Assembly: GCA_964016885.1 (NCBI GenBank)
Contig: OZ024744.1
Coordinates: 18,042,001-18,106,000 of the forward strand
Direction: 5' to 3'
Source: Eledone cirrhosa
Lineage: Eukaryota
Length of the DNA stretch: 64,000 nucleotides
Shown: piece after piece, positions 53,971-64,000 of the stretch
Position numbering within the stretch: position 1 is the first letter of the stretch
Layout: each line of letters starts with the position of its first letter
Made by a program: the position numbers and the translations under genes
Notes under the pieces: model-generated
The model's database searches: none
The model's input: only the letters and a program-made list of their open reading frames with translations
Told to the model about the DNA's origin: nothing

Positions 53971-56900
53971 TGTGTTTCTGTATGTCTGTGTCACTGTGTA
54001 TGTCATTGTATCTTTGTGTATGTATGTGTCACTGTGTATGTCACTGTATCTTTGTGTATGTCCGTGTCATTGTGTATGTCACTGTGTGTTTCTGTATGTT
54101 TGTGTCACTGTGTATGTCACTGTGTGTTTCTGTATATCTGTGTCTATGTCTATGTTACTGTATCTTTGTGTATGTCAGTGTATCTTTGTGTATGTCTGTG
54201 TCACGGTGTATATCACTGTATGTTTGTGTATGTCTGTGTCACTCTATATGTCACTGTATGTTTCTGTATGTATGTGTCACTGTGTATGTCAATGTGTGTT
54301 TCTGTATCTCTGTGTCACGGTGTATGTCACTGTATGTTTGTGTATGTCTGTGTCACTGTGTATGTCACTGTATGTTTCTGTATGTCTGTGTCACTGTGTA
54401 TGTCACTGTGTGTTTCTGTATGTCTGTGTCACTGTGCATGTCACTGTATCTTTGTGTATGTCTGTGTCACCGTGTATGTCACTGTGTGTTTCTGTATGTC
54501 TGTGTCACTGTCTATGTCACTGTATGTTTCTGAATGTCTGTGTCACTGTGTATGTCACTGTGTGTCTCTGTATGTCTGTGTCACGGTGTATGTCACTGTA
54601 TGTTTGTGTGTGTGTCTGTGTCACTGTGTATGTCACTGTGTGTTTCTGTATGTCTGTGTCACCGTGTATGTCACTGTATCTTTGTGTATGCCTATGTCAC
54701 TGTGTATGTCACTGTGTGTTTATGTATGTCTGTGTCACTGTGTATGTCACTGCGTGTTTCTGTATGTTTGTTTCACTGTGTATGTCACTAAATGTTTGTG
54801 TGTGTCTGTGTCTCTGTCTATGTCACTGTGTGTTTGCGTGTGTCTGTGTCACTGCGTATGTCACTGTGTGTTTCTGTATGTATGTGTGACTGTGAATGTC
54901 ACTGTGTGTTTGTGTATGTCTGTGTCACTGTATGTTTCTGTATGCCTGTTTCACTGTGTATGTCACTGTGTGTTTCTGTATGTATGTGTCACCGTGTATG
55001 TCACTGTAAATTTGTGTTAGCCTTTGTCACTGTGTATGTCACTGTGTGTTTCTGTATGTCTGTGTCACTGTGTATGTCACTGTGTGTTTCTGTATGTTTG
55101 TGTCACTGTGTATGTCACTAAATATTTGTGTGTGTCTGTGTCTCTGTGTATGTCACTGTGTGTTTGCGTGTGTCTGTGTCACTGTGTATGTCACTGTGTG
55201 TTTCTGTATGTCTGTTTCACTGTGTATGTCACTGTGTGTTTCTGTATGTATGTGTCACCGTGTATGTCACTGTAAATGTGTGTATGCCTTTGTCACTGTG
55301 TATGTCACTGTGTGTTTCTGTATGTCTGTGTCACTGTGTATGTCACTGTGTGTTTCTGTATGTTTGTGTCACTGTGTATGTCACTAAATGTTTGTGTGTG
55401 TCTGTGTCTCTGTGTATGTCACTGTGTGTTTGCGTGTGTCTGTGTATGTCACTGTGTGTTTCTGTATGTCTGTGTGACTGTGTATGTCACTCTGTGTTTG
55501 TGTATGTCTGTGTCACTGTGTGTGTTTCTGTATGTCTGTGTCACTGTGTATGTCATTGTATCTTTGTGTATGTATGTGTCACTGTGTATGTCACTGTATC
55601 GTTGTGTATGTCTGTGTCACTCTGTATGTCACTGTGTGTTTCTGTATGTCTGTGTCAATGTGTATGTCACTGTGTGTTTCTGTATGTCTGTGAATCTGTG
55701 TATGTCACTGTATGCTTCTGTATGTCTGTTTCACTGTGTATGTCACTGTGTCTTTCTGTATGTCTGTGTCACTCTGTATGTCACTGTATGTTTCTGTATG
55801 TCTGTGTCACTGTGTATGTCACTGTATGTTTCTGTATGTCTGTGTCACTGTGTATGTCACTGTATCTTTGTGTATGTCTGTGTCCCTGTGTATGTCACTG
55901 TATGTTTCTGTATGTCTGTGTCACTGTGTATGTCACTGTGTGTTTCTGTATGTCTGTGTCACTGTGTATGTCACTTTATCTTTGTGTATGTCTGTGTCAC
56001 CGTGTATGTCACAGTAGATTTGTGTATGTCTGTGTCACTGTGTATGTCAATGTGTGTTTATGTATGTCAGTGTCACTGTGTATGTCACTGTATGTTTCTG
56101 TATGTCTGCGTCACTGTATATCTCACTGTATGTTTGTGTATGTCTGTGTCACTGTGTATGTCACTGTGTGTTTCTGTATGTCCGTGTCACTGTGTATGTC
56201 ACTGTGTGTTTCTGTATGACTGTGACACTGTGTATGTCACTTTATCTTTGTGTATGTCTGTGTCACTGTGTATGTCACTGTATCTTTCTGAATGTCTGTG
56301 GCACTGTCTATGTCACTGTATGTTTCTGTATGTCTGTGTCACCGTGTATGTCACGGTATCTTTGTGTATGCCTCTGTCACTGTGTATGTCACTGTGTGTT
56401 TCTGTATTGCTGTGTCACTGTGTATGTCACTAAATGTTTGTGGGTGTCTGTGTCTATGTGTATGTCACTGTGTGTTTGCGTGTGTCTGTGTCACTGTGTA
56501 TGTCACTGTGTGTTTCTGTATGTCTGTGTCACTGTGTATGTCACTGTGTGTTTGTGTATGTCTGTGTCACTGTATGTTTCTGAATGTCTGTGTCACTGTG
56601 TATGTCACTGTGTGTTTCTGTATGTATGTGTCACCGTGTATGTCACTGTATATTTGTGTATGCCTGTGTCACTGTGTGTTTCTGTATGTCTGTGTCACTG
56701 TGTATGTCACTGTCTGTTTCTGTATGTTTGTGTCACTGTGTATGTCACTAAATATTTGTGTGTGTCTGTGTCTCTGTGTATGTCACTGTGTGTTTGCGTG
56801 TGTCTGTGTCACTGTGTATGTCACTGTGTGTTTCTGTATGTCTGTGTGACTGTGTATGTCGCTGTGTGTTTGTGTATGTCTGTGTCAGTGTGTGTGTTTC

Positions 56901-58069
56901 TGTATGTCTGTGTCACTGTGTATGTTACTGTATGTTTCTGTATGTATGTGTCACTGTGTATGTCACTGTATCTTTGTGTATGTCTGTGTCACTCTGTATG
57001 TCACTGTGTGTTTCTGTATGTCTGTGTCAATGTGTATGTCACTGTGTGTTTCTGTATGTCTGTGTCACTGTGTATGTCACTGTATGTTTCTGTATGTCTG
57101 TGTCACTGTGTGTTTCTGTATGTCTGTGTCACTCTGTATGTCACTGTATGTTTCTGAATGTTTGTGTCACTGTGTATGTCACTGTGTGTTTGCGTGTGTC
57201 TGTGTCACTGTGTATGTCACTGTGTGTTTCTGTATGTCTGTGTGACTGTGTATGTCACTCTGTGTTTGTGTATGTCTGTGTCAATGTGTGTGTTCTGTAT
57301 GTCTGTGTCACTGTGTATGTCATTGTATATTTGTGTATGTATGTGTCACTGTGTATGTCACTGTATCTTTGTGTATGTCTGTGTCATTGTGTATGTCACT
57401 GCGTGTTTCTGTATCTTTGTGTCACTGTGTGTTTCTGTATATCTGTGTCTCTGTGTATGTTACTGTATCTTTGTGTATGTCTGTGTCACTGTGTATGTCA
57501 CTGTATCTTTGTGTATGTCTGTGTCACGGTGTATATCACTGTATGTTTGTGTATGTATGTGTCTCTCTATATGTCACTGTATGTTTCTGTATGTATGTGT
57601 TACTGTGTATGTCAATGTGTGTTTCTGTATCTCTGTGTCACGGTGTATGTCACTGTATGTTTGTGTATGTCTGTGTGACTGTCTATGTCACTGTATGTTA
57701 CAGTATGTCTGTGTCACTGTGTATTTCACTGTGTGTTTCTGTATGTCTGTGTCACTGTGTATGTCACTGTATATTTGTGTATGTCTGTGTCACTGTGTAT
57801 GTCACTGTGTGTTTCTGTATGTCTGTGTCACTGTCTATGTCACTGTATGTTTCTGAATGTCTGTGTCATTGTGTATGTCACTGTATCTTTATGTATGTCT
57901 GTGTCACTGTATATGTCACTGTATCTTTGTGTATGTCTACGTCACTGTGTATGTCACTGTGTGTTTCTGTATGTCTGTGTCTTTGTGTATGTCACTGTAC
58001 CTTTGTGTATGTCTGTGTCACTGTGTATGTCACTGTATCTTTGTGTATGTCTGTGTCACTGTGTATGTC

Positions 58070-61000
58070 ACTGTGTGTTTCTGTATGTCTGTGTCACTGT
58101 GTATGTCATTGTGTGTTTCTGTATGCCTGTGTCTCTGTGCATGTCACTGTATCTTTGTGTATCTCTGTGTCACGGTGTATGTCACTGTATGTTTGTGTAT
58201 GTCTGTGTCACTGTGTGTTTCTGTATGTCTGTGTCACTGTGCATATCACTGTATGTTTGTGTATGCCTGTGTCACGGTGTATGTCACTGTATGTTTGTGT
58301 GTGTCTGTGTCACTGTGTATGTCACTGTGTGTTTGTGTATGTCTGTGTCAATGTATGTTTCTGTATGTCTGTGTCACTGTGTATGTCACTGTGTGTTTCT
58401 GTATGTTTGTGTCACTGTGTATGTCACTAAATGTTTGTGTGTGTCTGTGTCTCTGTGTATGTCACTGTGTGTTTGCATGTGTCTGTGTCACTGTGTATGT
58501 CACTGTGTGTTTCTGTATGTCTGTGTGACTGTGTATGTCACTGTGTGTTTGTGTATGTCTGTGTCACTGTGTGTGTTTCTGTATGTCTGTGTCACTGTGT
58601 ATGTCACTGTATGTTTCTGTATGTATGTGTCACTGTGTATGTCACTGTATCTTTGTGTATTTCTGTGTCACTCTGTATGTCACTGTGTGTTTCTGTATGT
58701 CTGTGTCACTGTGTATGTCACTGTGTGTTTCTGTATGTTTGTGTCACTGAGTATGTCACTAAATGTTTGTGTGTGTCTGTGTCTCTGTGTATGTCACTGT
58801 GTGTTTGCATGTGTCTGTGTCACTGTGTATGTCACTGTGTGTTTCTGTATGTCTGTGTGACTGTGTATGTCACTGTGTGTTTGTGTATGTCTGTGTCACT
58901 GTGTGTGTTTCTGTATGTCTGTGTCACTGTGTATGTCATTGTATCTTTGTGTATGTATGTGTCACTTTGTATGTCACTGTATCTTTGTGTATGTCTGTGT
59001 CACTCTGTATGTCACTGTATATTTATGTATGTCTGTGTCACTGTGTATGTCACTGTATGTTTCTGTATGTCTGTGTCACTGTGTATGTCACTGTATCTTT
59101 GTGTATGTCTGTGTCCCTGTGTATGTCACTGTACGTTTCTGTATGTCTGTGTCACTGTGTATGTCACTGTGTGTTTCTGTATGTCTGTGTCACTGTGTAT
59201 GTCACTTTATCTTTGTGTATGTCTGTGTCACCGTGTATGTCACTGTATATTTGTGTATGTCTGTGTCACTGTGTATGTCAATGTGTGTTTATGTATGTCA
59301 GTGTCACTGTGTATGTCACTGTATGTTTCTGTATGTCTGCGTCACTGTATATGTCACTGTATGTTTGTGTATGTCTGTGTCACTGTGTATGTCACTGTGT
59401 GTTTCTGTATGTCTGTGTCACTATCTATGTCGCTGTATGTTTGTGTTGTCTGTGTCACTGTGTATGTCACTGGGTGTTTCTGTATATCTGTGTCACTGTG
59501 TATGTCACTGTGTGTTTCTGTATGTATGTATCACTGTGTATGTCACTGTGTGTTTCTGTATGTCTGTGTCACTGTGTAAGTCATTGTATCTTTGTGTATG
59601 TCAATGTGTGTTTCTGTATGTATGTGTCTCTGTGTATGTCACTGTATCTTTGTGTATGTATGTGTCACTGTCTATGTCACTGTGTGTTTGTGTATACCTG
59701 TGTCAATGTGTATGTCACTGTGTGTTTCTGTATGTATGTGTCACTGTGTATGTCACTGTATGTTTCTGTATGTCTGTTTCACTGTGTATGTCACTGTGTG
59801 TTTCTGTATGTCTGTGTCACTCTGTATGTCACTGTATGTTTCTGAATGTTTGTGTCACTGTGTATGTCACTGTGTGTTTGCGTGTGTCTATGTCACTGTG
59901 TATGTCACTGTGTGTTTCTGTATGTCTGTGTGACTGTGTATGTCACTCTGTGGTTGTGTATGTCTGTGGCACTGTGTGTGTTTCTGTATGTCTGTGTCAC
60001 TGTGTATGTCATTGTATCTTTGTGTATGTATGTGTCACTGTGTATGTCACTGTATCTTTGTGTATGTCCGTGTCATTGTGTATGTCACTGTGTGTTTCTG
60101 TATGTTTGTGTCACTGTGTATGTCACTGTGTGTTTCTGTATATCTGTGTCTATGTGTATGTTACTGTATCTTTGTGTATGTCTGTGTAACTGTGTATGTC
60201 AGTGTATCTTTGTGTATGTCTGTGTCACGGTGTATATCACTGTATGTTTGTGTATGTCTGTGTCACTCTATATGTCACTGTATGTTTCTGTATGTATGTG
60301 TCACTGTGTATGTCAATGTGTGTTTCTGTATCTCTGTGTCACGGTGTATGTCACTGTATGTTTGTGTATGTCTGTGTCACTGTGTATGTCACTGTATGTT
60401 TCTGTATGTCTGTGTAACTGTGTATGTCACTGTATCTTTGTGTATGTCTGTGTCACGGTGTATATCACTGTATGTTTGTGTATGTCTGTGTCACTCTATA
60501 TGTCACTGTGTGTTTCTGTATGTCTGTGTCACTGTGTATGTCATTGTGTGTTTCTGTATGCCTGTGTCTCTGTGCATGTCACTGTATCTTTGTGTATCTC
60601 TGTGTCACGGTGTATGTCACTGTATGTTTGTGTATGTCTGTGTCACTGTGTGTTTCTGTATGTCTGTGTCACTGTGCATATCACTGTATGTTTGTGTATG
60701 CCTGTGTCACGGTGTATGTCACTGTATGTTTGTGTGTGTCTGTGTCACTGTGTATGTCACTGTGTGTTTGTGTATGTCTGTGTCAATGTATGTTTCTGTA
60801 TGTCTGTGTCACTGTGTATGTCACTGTGTGTTTCTGTATGTTTGTGTCACTGTGTATGTCACTAAATGTTTGTGTGTGTCTGTGTCTCTGTGTATGTCAC
60901 TGTGTGTTTGCATGTGTCTGTGTCACTGTGTATGTCACTGTGTGTTTCTGTATGTCTGTGTGACTGTGTATGTCACTGTGTGTTTGTGTATGTCTGTGTC

Positions 61001-62900
61001 ACTGTGTGTGTTTCTGTATGTCTGTGTCACTGTGTATGTCACTGTATGTTTCTGTATGTATGTGTCACTGTGTATGTCACTGTATCTTTGTGTATTTCTG
61101 TGTCACTCTGTATGTCACTGTGTGTTTCTGTATGTCTGTGTCACTGTGTATGTCACTGTGTGTTTCTGTATGTTTGTGTCACTGAGTATGTCACTAAATG
61201 TTTGTGTGTGTCTGTGTCTCTGTGTATGTCACTGTGTGTTTGCATGTGTCTGTGTCACTGTGTATGTCACTGTGTGTTTCTGTATGTCTGTGTGACTGTG
61301 TATGTCACTGTGTGTTTGTGTATGTCTGTGTCACTGTGTGTGTTTCTGTATGTCTGTGTCACTGTGTATGTCATTGTATCTTTGTGTATGTATGTGTCAC
61401 TTTGTATGTCACTGTATCTTTGTGTATGTCTGTGTCACTCTGTATGTCACTGTATATTTATGTATGTCTGTGTCACTGTGTATGTCACTGTATGTTTCTG
61501 TAAGTCTGTGTCACTGTGTATGTCACTGTATGTTTCTGTATGTCTGTGTCACTGTGTATGTCACTGTATCTTTGTGTATGTCTGTGTCCCTGTGTATGTC
61601 ACTGTACGTTTCTGTATGTCTGTGTCACTGTGTATGTCACTGTGTGTTTCTGTATGTCTGTGTCACTGTGTATGTCACTTTATCTTTGTGTATGTCTGTG
61701 TCACCGTGTATGTCACTGTATATTTGTGTATGTCTGTGTCACTGTGTATGTCAATGTGTGTTTATGTATGTCAGTGTCACTGTGTATGTCACTGTATGTT
61801 TCTGTATGTCTGCGTCACTGTATATGTCACTGTATGTTTGTGTATGTCTGTGTCACTGTGTATGTCACTGTGTGTTTCTGTATGTCTGTGTCACTATCTA
61901 TGTCGCTGTATGTTTGTGTTGTCTGTGTCACTGTGTATGTCACTGGGTGTTTCTGTATATCTGTGTCACTGTGTATGTCACTGTGTGTTTCTGTATGTAT
62001 GTATCACTGTGTATGTCACTGTGTGTTTCTGTATGTCTGTGTCACTGTGTAAGTCATTGTATCTTTGTGTATGTCAATGTGTGTTTCTGTATGTATGTGT
62101 CTCTGTGTATGTCACTGTATCTTTGTGTATGTATGTGTCACTGTGTATGTCACTGTGTGTTTGTGTATACCTGTGTCAATGTGTATGTCACTGTGTGTTT
62201 CTGTATGTATGTGTCACTGTGTATGTCACTGTATGTTTCTGTATGTCTGTTTCACTGTGTATGTCACTGTGTGTTTCTGTATGTCTGTGTCACTCTGTAT
62301 GTCACTGTATGTTTCTGAATGTTTGTGTCACTGTGTATGTCACTGTGTGTTTCTGTATGTCTGTGTGACTGTGTATGTCACTCTGTGGTTGTGTATGTCT
62401 GTGGCACTGTGTGTGTTTCTGTATGTCTGTGTCACTGTGTATGTCATTGTATCTTTGTGTATGTATGTGTCACTCTGTATGTCACTGTATCGTTGTGTAT
62501 GTCCGTGTCATTGTGTATGTCACTGTGTGTTTCTGTATGTTTGTGTCACTGTGTATGTCACTGTGTGTTTCTGTATATCTGTGTCTATGTGTATGTTACT
62601 GTATCTTTGTGTATGTCTGTGTAACTGTGTATGTCACTGTATCTTTGTGTATGTCTGTGTCACGCTGTATATCACTGTATGTTTATGTATGTCTGTGTCA
62701 CTCTATATGTCACTGTATGTTTCTGTATGTATGTGTCACTGTGTATGTCAATGTGTGTTTCTGTATATCTGTGTCACGGTGTATGTCTCTGTATGTTTGT
62801 GTATGTCTGTGTCACTGTGTATGTCACTGTATGTTTCTGTATGTCTGTGTCACTGTGTATGTCACTGTGTGTTTCTGTATGTCTGTGTCACTGTGCATGT
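58070..62900 (+). repeat. Tandem duplication, ~2435-bp unit
   Basis: ORF pairs 58431/60866, 58763/61198, 58867/61302 and 59940/62375 have offset 2435. Pair 59592/62065 has 2473 (one extra monomer). Shared variants: tttgcatgtg, cactgagtatg, gtacgtttc, cactatcta, gtggcact. Confidence 0.88.
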
Positions 62901-64000
62901 CACTGTATCTTTGTGTATGTCTGTGTCACTGTGTATGTCACTGTTTGTTTCTGTATGTCTGTGTCACTGTCTATGTCACTGTATGTTTCTGAATGTCTGT
63001 GTCACTGTGTATGTCACTGTGTGTTTCTGTATGTCTGTGTCACGGTGTATGTCACTGTATCTTTGTGTATGCCTGTGTCACTGTGTATGTCACTGTGTGT
63101 TTCTGTATGTCTGTGTCACTGTGTATGTCACTGTGTGTTTCTGTATGTTTGTGTCACTGTGTATGTCACTAAACGTTTGTGTGTGTCTGTGTCTTTGTGT
63201 ATGTCACTGTGTGTTTGCGTGTGTCTGTGTCACTGTGTATGTCACTGTGTGTTTCTGTATGTATGTGTGACTGTGTATGTCACTGTGCGTTTGTGTATGT
63301 CTGTGTCACTGTATGTTTCTGTATGTCTGTTTCACTGTGTATGTCACTGTGTGTTTCTGTATGTATGTGTCACCGTGTATGTCACTGTAAATTTGTGTAT
63401 GCCTTTGTCACTGTGTATGTCACTGTGTGTTTCTGTATGTCTGTGTCACTGTGTATGTCACTGTGTGTTTCTGTATGTTTGTGTCACTGTGTATGTCACT
63501 AAATGTTTGTGTGTGTCTGTGTCTCTGTGTATGTCACTGTGTGTTTGCGTGTGTCTGTGTCACTGTGTATGTCACTGTGTGTTTCTGTATGTCTGTGTGA
63601 TTGTGTATGTCACTCTGTGTTTGTGTATGTCTGTGTCACTGTGTGTGTTTCTGTATGTCTGTGTCACTGTGTATGTCATTGTATCTTTGTGTATGTATGT
63701 GTCACTGTGTATGTCACTGTATCTTTGTGTATGTCTGTGTCACTGTGTATGTCACTGTGTGTTTCTGTATGTCTGTGTCACTGTCTATGTCACTGTATGT
63801 TTCTGAATGTCTGTGTCACTGTGTATGTCACTGTGCGTTTCTGTATGTCTGTGTCACGGTGTATGTCACTGTATGTTTGTGTGTGTCTGTTTCACTGTGT
63901 ATGTCACTGTGTGTTTCTGTATGTCTGTGTCACCGTGTATGTCACTGTATCTTTGTGTATGCCTGTGTCACTGTGTATGTCACTGTGTGTTTCTGTATGT

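Larger units (their letters stand above)
47400..63800 (+). repeat. Long-range block similarity: ~47400-49200 with ~61900-63800 (offset ~14.5 kb)
   Basis: ORF pairs 47574/62065, 47828/62319, 47884/62375 and 48140/62631 are all offset by 14491 and share variants such as gtttatgtatg and cactgtttgtttc. Confidence 0.7.
1..64000 (+). repeat. Satellite DNA / tandem array of a 38-bp TG-rich monomer (consensus TGTCACTGTGTATGTCACTGTGTGTTTCTGTATGTCTG), about 1,700 head-to-tail copies, running off both ends of the window
   Basis: The unit gtcactgtgtatgtcactgt(g/a)tgtttctgtatgtctgt recurs every 38 bp from base 1 to 64000 (e.g. 357-394, 395-432). Common variant positions are tgtg/tgta, gtttct/atcttt/gtttgt and gtct/gtat. 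No inversion or non-repeat interruption was seen. Confidence 0.99.

Noticed and set aside
1-64000. CRISPR array (repeat length in the 30-40 bp range)
   Set aside because: Monomers abut directly with no unique spacers, and there is no leader and no cas genes.
1-64000. Telomeric repeat or G-quadruplex array
   Set aside because: There is no TTAGGG-type unit and GG runs are almost absent. The TG richness resembles yeast TG1-3 only superficially.
1-64000. Embedded transposon, rRNA/tRNA gene or inversion
   Set aside because: No non-satellite sequence, terminal inverted repeats, poly(A) or switch to the CA-rich orientation was seen anywhere in the window.
1-64000. Nucleosome-length periodicity (5 x 38 = 190 bp) or centromere identity
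   Set aside because: No consistent 4- or 5-monomer HOR and no CENP-B box was seen. Centromeric function cannot be inferred from sequence alone.

Overview
The whole 64 kb window is one uninterrupted, single-orientation tandem array (satellite DNA) with no unique sequence. The monomer is 38 bp, with a by-eye consensus on the + strand of TGTCACTGTGTA-TGTCACTGTGTG-TTTCTGTA-TGTCTG (T18 G10 C6 A4, about 42% GC, no CpG), giving roughly 1,700 copies. It contains an internal 12-bp duplication and looks derived from a (TG)n microsatellite. Shared point variants reveal nested higher-order duplications: about 3.2, 7.2 and 10.3-11.0 kb periods in the left part, and about 0.85, 1.2, 2.3-2.5, 9.3 and 14.5 kb in the right part. 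The variant family changes at about 29.5 kb, and there are small patches that look like gene conversion. All the long Cys/Val/Met/Ser-rich ORFs are artefacts of a stop-free + strand. I found no credible gene, RNA gene, transposon or CRISPR. The most unusual observation is that each consensus monomer, read on the - strand, spells a nested V(D)J-RSS-like signal: CACAGTG, a 22 (or 10) nt spacer, then ACAGAAACA. A eukaryotic, probably animal, origin is an inference only. Block boundaries were read by eye and from ORF-track offsets, so they are approximate.
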